From: a virus
Reading direction: 5' to 3' (one strand)
IMG/VR virus record: IMGVR_UViG_3300042566_000762
Span: 42,462 to 106,461 of that record
Length of the DNA stretch: 64,000 nucleotides
Below are positions 57,245-64,000 of this stretch, one piece after another. The translations under genes were made by a program, and so were the position numbers. The notes below the pieces were generated by a model that did no database searches, was not told the origin of the DNA, and was given only the letters and a program-made list of their open reading frames with translations. Position 1 is the stretch's first letter. Every line of letters begins with the position of its first letter.

Positions 57245-58516
57245 TTAGTTTTTACTTAAGAAATTTCTTGCAGATAATATTACATCCAATTTTCCTTGTA
57301 ATTCTTTAAATGCGGGAGTATTAACTGGCCCAATTGCAGATGGGCCTGCGGGAGTGTAAAATACTTGATTTGCAATCAAATCTATTAGTGAAGTTAATAC
57401 ATCAACTAACTCACCACCCAATACCATTTGTTGAACATCTGCCCCTGCATCGCCGGCACCACTATCACTTCCCAAATATACTTGTCCACTACCTTCAGTA
57501 TTCAAATATATTTTAGTTCCAGTATGTAATGTAATGTCACCATCCGAATGTTCATAAATAGAACTTGCTGCATCTACTGAAAAAACACCATCAGTTATCA
57601 CACCGGTGTTGCCTTTACCAAATATAATAAACTCACTTGCTTTTGCTGATAAAATAATTCTATCGGAATTTACAATCAGTTGGTCACCTGTTAGGTTGCC
57701 AGATGATGGGTATCCTGAAAATGCTGTTTTTGATTTACCAATAGTTTCTTTAAATGGAACTTTTATTTTTCCAGATGTTAGGTAAATAGATGTTCCATCT
57801 TTATTAATATCTTCATCAACCAATTCACCCAATTTTTTACTATTTAAACTTGGATTTTGTTTATTACGAATGAATATACCAGGTGAAGAAGTTTTACCAT
57901 CCTCAGTTAAAAAAAATTCAGAAAATCTAATAGTATTACCTACTCTACCAGTTATAAATGTATCACCGATTCTGGGTTGTAAGAAATGTATTTTTTCGTT
58001 TACTTTATATTCTCTTTTATTTTTTTGTTTACTTGTATTTGATTTCTCAGGTATACCGGTAGTTTGTGCAGCTGAATAGTTTTGGTCTGTTTTTGGTGTT
58101 CCAATATATTCAACCGGTTCACTTGCAATTGTAGTTTTTAAATCTTCTCTATAATTTGGATATTGTGTATTTGAAAATGGTAACCAAAAATGTTGTTTAC
58201 CAATATCCAAAATTAAAACAGTTTCACCTACAATTGGATATGTTACATTATTTTTATCAAACGGAATAGCGTAATCTTCTAAACGAATCGAATACTCTCT
58301 TTGAAATTGAATAGCACCTAAAAATCTAACATCAGGGTCTTTGTCTTTATATTTATTATCATTATAAATTACACTTGCACTAATATTATATTCAAGCTTA
58401 TCATCTTTTATTTCTTGAATTTTTGTATATACCTTTCTAACATTCGCTAGAAATATATTCATACTATTACCACTATCGCCAGTAAATTCGGAGTTTGTAG
58501 TTATATTGTCGTACAT
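57245..58516 (-). CDS. Baseplate hub/central spike (gp5/gpV-like, no lysozyme domain)
   Basis: OB-fold-like YPIVGETV, GRVGNTIRF, beta-helix-like NSDRIILSAK, VLGGEL..TPAGPS tip. Confidence 0.7.
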   Translation of the reverse strand: MYDNITTNSEFTGDSGNSMNIFLANVRKVYTKIQEIKDDKLEYNISASVIYNDNKYKDKDPDVRFLGAIQFQREYSIRLEDYAIPFDKNNVTYPIVGETVLILDIGKQHFWLPFSNTQYPNYREDLKTTIASEPVEYIGTPKTDQNYSAAQTTGIPEKSNTSKQKNKREYKVNEKIHFLQPRIGDTFITGRVGNTIRFSEFFLTEDGKTSSPGIFIRNKQNPSLNSKKLGELVDEDINKDGTSIYLTSGKIKVPFKETIGKSKTAFSGYPSSGNLTGDQLIVNSDRIILSAKASEFIIFGKGNTGVITDGVFSVDAASSIYEHSDGDITLHTGTKIYLNTEGSGQVYLGSDSGAGDAGADVQQMVLGGELVDVLTSLIDLIANQVFYTPAGPSAIGPVNTPAFKELQGKLDVILSARNFLSKN

Positions 58517-58921
58517 CTATAATTTAGTTTTAATTTCTTCAATTTCTATTTCTAAATCACCCATTTTTTCTTTTGTCTTTTCTTCTACTGCATTTATAGT
58601 ATCTTCCATATCTGCCAGTAATTGAGCCTTTTCGTTTTCACTTAACCAACCATCTTCACCAATACCCTTAGCTTCAGCAGCTGCAAGTCTTTGTGCAATA
58701 GTTGCAAGTTTAATTAAGTGGTCATCGTTTTTAACCGATACCTCAATTAAGTCTTTTATAATTGGTGCAATTACAGTTGCTTCACCAACATTACGAATTA
58801 ATTTCCTCAAAGATTCTATCAATTCGGAAATGTTTTTCTTTTTGTTTTGTTGATTTTCGTATATATCTTTAAACAATGATGATAAGTTTTTACCATCAAA
58901 TAATTGAAATTCGTTTGCCAT
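58517..58921 (-). CDS. Hypothetical helical protein
   Basis: 134 aa; IAPIIKDLIEVSVKNDDHLIKLA. Confidence 0.7.
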   Translation of the reverse strand: MANEFQLFDGKNLSSLFKDIYENQQNKKKNISELIESLRKLIRNVGEATVIAPIIKDLIEVSVKNDDHLIKLATIAQRLAAAEAKGIGEDGWLSENEKAQLLADMEDTINAVEEKTKEKMGDLEIEIEEIKTKL

Positions 58922-58944
58922 ATTTGTTATTTACCTACTAATAA

Positions 58945-60642
58945 TTATTTACTAATCAAAAATTTACCCAATACTAAATAATCCATATCACAATTATGAA
59001 ATGTCCAAATTGCTTTTTGTGGGTCATTTGTCATTGTATGGTCTTTTAAGTTAAACGATGTATTCAATAGAATAGGTGTTCCTGTTAGTTTTTCGAACTC
59101 CTTTAATAAGTCATAGTAAAGTGGGTTATCTTCTCTTTTAAGTGTCTGTATCCTTGCAGAATTGTCAACATGGGTTACTGACGGAATGTTTACATCCTTT
59201 TTAACTTTGACAACCTGATTCATATAGGGAACATCTTCTTCTGATAGAAAATACTTTTGATAATCTTCATGTGTAACCGATGGAGCAAATGGTCTAAACA
59301 TTTCTCTCTTTTTGACAACCTTATTAATTCTATCTCTAATGTCGGACAAATGTGGATTACCTAATATAGAACGATTACCTAATGCTCTTGCACCAAATTC
59401 GGTTCTACCTTGAAACCAACCAACTATATTACCTTCTTCAATTAATTTTGCAACCTCTTTACACAATGTCTGATGGGTATCATGCATTATAACCTTACTT
59501 CTATTGTTTTGTAATATAATTTTAAGTAATTCAGGACTACTCCACTCTTCACCCAAATATGGAGATTGATTATCACCACCTTTTACTTTTGGATTACCCA
59601 ATAGAATGTGATGTTGATATAAACATGCACCTATTGCAGAACCCGCATCCGATGGAGCAAATGGAATCCAAACATTTTTGATTGACGTAGCTGTTTTTAT
59701 TTTACCATTGGCAGTTCCGTTGTATGCACATCCACCGCCCAACACCAAATTCTCACATTCCCAAATATTGGTAATTCTATTGATAATAAAATATAAAGCA
59801 CTTTCATACCATTTTTGTAATGATGCAGCTAAGTCTTTGTGATGTTGTTCAATGGGTTCATCTTTAAATCTTGGTGGAAACCCAATCAAATCAATTAACT
59901 TATCATTAAACATATCGTTATCGGATGTATGCCATGTAAAGTAAGACATATCCATCTTTACGATGTCAATTTCACCACCAGTAGTAACAACTTTGTCAAA
60001 TATGTTATTATATTTTTGATTATCACCATATGGTGCCAATCCCATTACTTTATACTCACCTTCGTTTGGTTTAAATCCTAAATAAGCAGTAAATGCCGAA
60101 TAGATTAAACCCAATGAATGTGGAAAGTGTAATGTTTGTATTTTATGAAAGCCTATGTCATCACACATTGCTGCATATATAGTATGTGATTCACCAACTC
60201 CATCAATTGATAAACCTATTGCTTTATCAAATGGTGATGTGTAGTAAGATAGTGCTAAATGTGATAAATGGTGTTGTGTATAAGTAATAATTCCTTCATA
60301 TCCAATAGATTTCAATATTCCTTTTAAATTACCTTCGGTTTGATTCCATCGTTTATTAAAGTTTCTCCATTTCATTGGAAATCTTAAACCACCCCATTTA
60401 CCAATTGTTTCTTTAACTCTTTCATATTTTAAATTCGGGTCTTCATACCAACAAACCATATCAATCTCATCAATTGTTATCTTTGTGTATTCCAAACACC
60501 ATTGAATTGCTTTAAACGGAAAAGAACTATCATGTTTAATTCCAGATAGTTTCTCTTCTTCAATAGCACAAATTACTTTACCATCTATAACGATTGTAGC
60601 TGCTGAATCGTGGTAAAATCCTGATAAACCTAATTGTATCAT
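58945..60642 (-). CDS. O-carbamoyltransferase (NodU/CmcH/TobZ family)
   Basis: YHDSAA, HHLSH, DGVGE, EYKVMGLAPYG, GGCAYN, EFGARALGNRS, FRPFAP, LNTSFN. Confidence 0.95.
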   Translation of the reverse strand: MIQLGLSGFYHDSAATIVIDGKVICAIEEEKLSGIKHDSSFPFKAIQWCLEYTKITIDEIDMVCWYEDPNLKYERVKETIGKWGGLRFPMKWRNFNKRWNQTEGNLKGILKSIGYEGIITYTQHHLSHLALSYYTSPFDKAIGLSIDGVGESHTIYAAMCDDIGFHKIQTLHFPHSLGLIYSAFTAYLGFKPNEGEYKVMGLAPYGDNQKYNNIFDKVVTTGGEIDIVKMDMSYFTWHTSDNDMFNDKLIDLIGFPPRFKDEPIEQHHKDLAASLQKWYESALYFIINRITNIWECENLVLGGGCAYNGTANGKIKTATSIKNVWIPFAPSDAGSAIGACLYQHHILLGNPKVKGGDNQSPYLGEEWSSPELLKIILQNNRSKVIMHDTHQTLCKEVAKLIEEGNIVGWFQGRTEFGARALGNRSILGNPHLSDIRDRINKVVKKREMFRPFAPSVTHEDYQKYFLSEEDVPYMNQVVKVKKDVNIPSVTHVDNSARIQTLKREDNPLYYDLLKEFEKLTGTPILLNTSFNLKDHTMTNDPQKAIWTFHNCDMDYLVLGKFLISK

Positions 60643-60645
60643 ATG

Positions 60646-61344
60646 TTATATTTTAATATCACCATCTTTGTCAAATTCATTATATAATTCCATTTGTCTT
60701 TCTTTCATTTTGTTGACAACTTTGGTTATGTAATGTGTAGGGTGGCCGGTCATTTCTCTAATAAGTAGATAAAGTGATTTTTTATTAAAATTTTCTATAT
60801 ACTCTGCTCTTCTAAATAATTCTAATACAGAATCTGCAATTTGTAAGTCTCTTTTCTTTGGAAAATAGTTTTCTAAATGTTTATCCCAATATTGTAACAT
60901 TCTAACATTAAAAATTCTATGTTCATCATTTCTTTGTTCTTCTCTAAAATTATTTTCTGTATCAAATGATTCTGGTAAGCCGGACATTATATCCGTATCT
61001 TTATATCGTTTATAATTTGCATTATTATTTAAAATCAAATAGTTTCTTGCAACAATAGTAAAGTATGAGAACGCTTTACCTTTACCACTTTTATACATAT
61101 GAATTTTTTCAATCATAAATGTAACAACCTCTGCCATTACATCTTTCGGGTCATCATCAAAATAAGTAAATTTCCATTTATTGTAAACTATCTCTGCAAG
61201 CTTATCAAATGCAGATGCAATTCTTTCTCTATACAATTTATCTTTAATATATTGGTCATTGGTTAGATTGTATTCAATAATAGCATCTTCGGTATCTTTT
61301 GTAAAGTATTGACGATTAGGGCCCCTTTTTTTTCTAATTGGCAT
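60646..61344 (-). CDS. Sigma-factor-like late transcription factor (T4 gp55-like)
   Basis: Region-2-like DVMAEVVTFMIEKIHMYKSGKGKAFSYFTIVARN; no clear region-4 HTH. Confidence 0.65.
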   Translation of the reverse strand: MPIRKKRGPNRQYFTKDTEDAIIEYNLTNDQYIKDKLYRERIASAFDKLAEIVYNKWKFTYFDDDPKDVMAEVVTFMIEKIHMYKSGKGKAFSYFTIVARNYLILNNNANYKRYKDTDIMSGLPESFDTENNFREEQRNDEHRIFNVRMLQYWDKHLENYFPKKRDLQIADSVLELFRRAEYIENFNKKSLYLLIREMTGHPTHYITKVVNKMKERQMELYNEFDKDGDIKI

Positions 61345-61609
61345 TTTGTTGTTTTTTGAATTTTTCGATAGTTTCTTTAATTTGATAAAATATAGAACCT
61401 ACTTCATCATCCTTCTCAAACATTTCACGACTATCAATTAGTCTCAATGCTTCCAGTAATGCTTCGTTTCTTTCTAACTCGGTTTGTAAAAAAATATCAT
61501 TTTCTTCAATGATATCTTCGTATTTTTCTAATTTATTTAAAAGATTATAAATTGCAAATGATAATGCAACTAATAATACTGATAATATTGTGATTATTGT
61601 GTATAACAT
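61334..61609 (-). CDS. Small membrane-anchored hypothetical protein
   Basis: N-terminal TM helix; FEKDDEVGSIF. Confidence 0.7.
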   Translation of the reverse strand: MLYTIITILSVLLVALSFAIYNLLNKLEKYEDIIEENDIFLQTELERNEALLEALRLIDSREMFEKDDEVGSIFYQIKETIEKFKKQQNAN

Positions 61610-61611
61610 AA

Positions 61612-62247
61612 TTAAACGATTTCGTATCCTTGTAAAAATAATTTATTTGCGTGTTTGTATTTAACTTCAATCATTTCACCTTGTGGTGATTTCATTACAA
61701 TTTTTTCATTTCTACCAAAATCTACTTTTTTTACAACTTGTGTATTATAAACTCTATCTTTAATAGTAAATCCGTCTAAATGGTCGATTTCATGTTGAAC
61801 TATAACCGTCATCATTGTTTCCACCGAAACTTGTTCGTTTTGCTTATCTCCTTCGGGATTAATTTCAAATGTTAATTCACCTAAGTTATCAGTTTGTATG
61901 ATAATTTTAGAAGCCCGTATAGTTCGTATTGGTGATGTTAATGTAGATGGAATTGATAAACATCCTTCATAAAATATAAAACCTTCTTTTGATTTTTCTT
62001 TAATAAATGGATTGACTAAAAATAATTCCTCATCTCCAAATTTAATATAACAAGCTCTCTTTTTAATTCCCAATTGTGTTGCGGATATTCCCAAACCTGG
62101 ATGTAATTTTAATCCTTCAATTAAAGTTGACTCCAATGTATCCACTTCTAATGTTGTAAGTTCCGTTCTAGGACATGGTGTTTTTAAATATTCTCTAAAT
62201 TCGGCTGTTTCTAAACCAAATTGATTTTTGTCTGTTACTAATTTCAT
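61612..62247 (-). CDS. def: Peptide deformylase
   Basis: GISATQLG, EGCLS, QHEIDHLDG. Confidence 0.95.
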   Translation of the reverse strand: MKLVTDKNQFGLETAEFREYLKTPCPRTELTTLEVDTLESTLIEGLKLHPGLGISATQLGIKKRACYIKFGDEELFLVNPFIKEKSKEGFIFYEGCLSIPSTLTSPIRTIRASKIIIQTDNLGELTFEINPEGDKQNEQVSVETMMTVIVQHEIDHLDGFTIKDRVYNTQVVKKVDFGRNEKIVMKSPQGEMIEVKYKHANKLFLQGYEIV

Positions 62248-62250
62248 TTT

Positions 62251-62460
62251 TTATTTTTTAAGTCCGTATTTTATAAATTTATACCATATTCTTTCATGTA
62301 AGTAATATTGAATGGGTTTATATACTAATTCTGCCACCCCAAATGCCGCTCCTACCTTAATATCACCACTTACCCACCACATTATACCAAATCCGATTAA
62401 AGTTGATACAATACGATATGAAATGGTTTTGGCAATGTGTCTTTTACGCTCTACTACCAT
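62251..62460 (-). CDS. DUF2061-like small membrane protein
   Basis: MVVERKRHIAKTISYR..YYLHERIW; start at ATG 62460. Confidence 0.75.
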   Translation of the reverse strand: MVVERKRHIAKTISYRIVSTLIGFGIMWWVSGDIKVGAAFGVAELVYKPIQYYLHERIWYKFIKYGLKK

Positions 62461-62803
62461 CTTTCTCAATTTCACCTTTACGAATTTTAGTTCCACTAAT
62501 TACTTCAATATTGGTAGGAGGTTCGTGATAAATCACTTCATAACCAACCCCTCTACCATAATTTACCGATTCAATATCTGGAACAATTGATAACATTATT
62601 TTATCCCAATTGTTTGTAAAAAATGATTCTTTTTGTAATTCTTGTAATACTTCTTGTGCTGATTTTGGATTATTTTCATCCTTTTGTACATCTCTAATTG
62701 CAACCCAACAATTTTTTCCTTTTTCTAATTGTTGATTAATTAACCACTCATGACCTTTGTGCCACGTTTGCCATCTTCCGATGAATAATGCATATTTTTT
62801 CAT
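62444..62803 (-). CDS. HIGH-superfamily nucleotidyltransferase (cytidylyltransferase-like)
   Basis: IGRWQTWHKGH, NPKSAQE, YGRGVGY, ISGTKIR. Confidence 0.85.
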   Translation of the reverse strand: MKKYALFIGRWQTWHKGHEWLINQQLEKGKNCWVAIRDVQKDENNPKSAQEVLQELQKESFFTNNWDKIMLSIVPDIESVNYGRGVGYEVIYHEPPTNIEVISGTKIRKGEIEKDGSRA

Positions 62804-62822
62804 AAATTATAATTTCGTATTT

Positions 62823-62854
62823 CTAATATACGAAAATAATTCTAAATTACCAAA
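62823..62854 (-). promoter_or_regulatory. Bacteroidota sigma70-like promoter
   Basis: TTTGGTAATTTAGAATTATTTTCGTATATTAG. Confidence 0.6.
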
Positions 62855-62857
62855 TAA

Positions 62858-63970
62858 TTAGTAAGTTTTAACTAAATCTTCTTCTTGCTGTTTTTTATAT
62901 TTCAACCAAAAATTAATAGCGTTCTGGTCGTTTATCCATTTTGATTTATCATTCCAATCAAAATCGCTTTTTGCATAATATGGTAATTTATGCTGTATTT
63001 CTCTTGCTCTACCTGATGACTTTGGAGTAAATTCATCTATAAGTCCGTCAGAGTTTGTATCATATCCATCAATGTTTCCATCACCATCCAAGTCAATAGG
63101 AATCCTAACAGATGTAATTTCATTCGTTTCGTTAATCTCATTTTTCTCGTTTTCGTTAAAAATATTATCTCCATAAACCTCATATAACCCTAATTTTTCG
63201 TCATTTTCCATTATATCAACAATATGTTGCTTTTGTTCTTTCTTTTTTTGTAAAATTAAACCATTAAATGCAATAATTAACGCAACTGCTAATGGGTCAA
63301 ATACAATTACAATCAAAAATATGAAGAATTTTACCACATTTTTCAATTCCATACCAAATGCTTCCGCAATAAATCGAAATCCACCGACTTCTTTTTCTAA
63401 ATCCAAGTTTGAAGTCTTAATTTCGTTGATTTTTTCATTATTTTTAGCATTTTCAGTTTGTAAAATCTCAATTTTTTTGTTAATTGTAGCAACTTGCTTA
63501 TCTTTATTATCAATTGAACGTAAAAGACGAGAATTTATCTTACCTTTGTCTAAAATTGTGCTTTGAGTTGATGATAATTGACCCAATTGTGTGTTTAATT
63601 GATTGAGTTGTATGGTATTTTGGTCAATTTTTGTAGTATAGACTAAAATTTCTCTATCTACCTGTTGCAATTTTAAGGACTGAGATTGGAATGCATTGGA
63701 AAGATATCCAAATATACCCGCAGAGGTGATTAACATCAGTAATGCAACGGCAGAGGTCAAATACCACTTATTAAATCCCTTTATGTTTTCCCACTCTTGT
63801 TTAAGATAAGTTGCTGCAACTAACTTTGCAAACTCTAATGCACCGGCCATTACCATAACTGATACGGCTGCTCCACTAAATAGAACACCTAAACCGGTTA
63901 CGGAGAAGTAAGCTGCACATCCGGCAATAATTAGTGCAGAAAATCCGACTAAATATTTAAGCCAATTCAT
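62858..63970 (-). CDS. Multi-pass membrane protein with coiled coil and DxDxDG loops
   Basis: Three N-terminal TM helices, coiled coil, TM FDPLAVAL, then DLDGDGNIDGYDTNSDGLID. Confidence 0.75.
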   Translation of the reverse strand: MNWLKYLVGFSALIIAGCAAYFSVTGLGVLFSGAAVSVMVMAGALEFAKLVAATYLKQEWENIKGFNKWYLTSAVALLMLITSAGIFGYLSNAFQSQSLKLQQVDREILVYTTKIDQNTIQLNQLNTQLGQLSSTQSTILDKGKINSRLLRSIDNKDKQVATINKKIEILQTENAKNNEKINEIKTSNLDLEKEVGGFRFIAEAFGMELKNVVKFFIFLIVIVFDPLAVALIIAFNGLILQKKKEQKQHIVDIMENDEKLGLYEVYGDNIFNENEKNEINETNEITSVRIPIDLDGDGNIDGYDTNSDGLIDEFTPKSSGRAREIQHKLPYYAKSDFDWNDKSKWINDQNAINFWLKYKKQQEEDLVKTY

Positions 63971-64000
63971 TTATCGATTGATTCTGGTTAATTCGGCAAC
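63971..64000 (-). CDS. 3' end of an upstream gene (..VAELTRINR*)
   Basis: Open frame from the window edge to a TAA directly abutting ATG 63970. Confidence 0.5.
   Translation of the reverse strand, partial: VAELTRINR

Noticed and set aside
62461-62496. Extended N-terminus of the DUF2061-like ORF given by the track
   Set aside because: It overlaps the upstream gene more deeply; ATG 62460 matches the family-like start
267-63566. The many short plus-strand ORFs in the track
   Set aside because: They are antisense shadows of long, motif-bearing minus-strand genes; only 35153-35338 occupies its own gap and looks like a real protein
1-64000. Stop-codon reassignment as in some large Bacteroidota phages
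   Set aside because: Genes are full length in code 11, and TAA, TGA and TAG all end genes next to the following start
1-64000. tRNA, rRNA or structured ncRNA genes
   Set aside because: Intergenic gaps are short and AT-rich with no cloverleaf or T-loop motif seen by eye; a tRNAscan/Infernal run would confirm
1-64000. Bacterial chromosome with an LPS/capsule locus
   Set aside because: The glycan genes are embedded among portal, terminase, fibre and baseplate genes, with no wzx/wzy/ABC exporter or bacterial housekeeping operons

Overview
An AT-rich segment of a large (jumbo-type) T4-like myovirus genome. Nearly all genes lie on the minus strand and translate in standard code 11. A Bacteroidota host is inferred from TTTG-N20-TAnnTTT-type promoters and A-rich leaders lacking Shine-Dalgarno sites. 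Gene order in transcription direction (high to low coordinates): membrane protein, HIGH nucleotidyltransferase, DUF2061-like protein, peptide deformylase, gp55-like late sigma factor and NodU-type carbamoyltransferase; a baseplate module (gp5-, gp25-, gp6- and gp7-like and tail-collar proteins); endonuclease I-like resolvase, primase and a fused Mre11-Rad50 nuclease; a tail-fibre-like protein coupled to a ~20 kb glycan synthesis/modification island (GT-B, GT2-like, two GT7 with inserted LamG domains, methyltransferase, radical SAM, six SGNH paralogs, GT10-like, epimerase, RmlC, SET, 2OG-Fe(II) oxygenase, sulfotransferase, split TPP enzyme); and a head/packaging module (terminase, portal). The strongest candidates for undescribed biology are four. 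(1) Two modular proteins beside terminase and portal whose domains are separated by prohead-protease-like (L/I/V)xE sites; one carries NMNAT-like, HExxH and ATP-dependent-ligase-like domains. (2) The fibre-coupled glycan island. (3) Junction remnants at 12.1-14.1 kb recording how accessory genes are stacked into that island. (4) Two promoter classes and an RHH gene with phased direct repeats. No tRNA, rRNA, CRISPR array or transposase was seen. All family calls come from motifs read by eye, without database searches.
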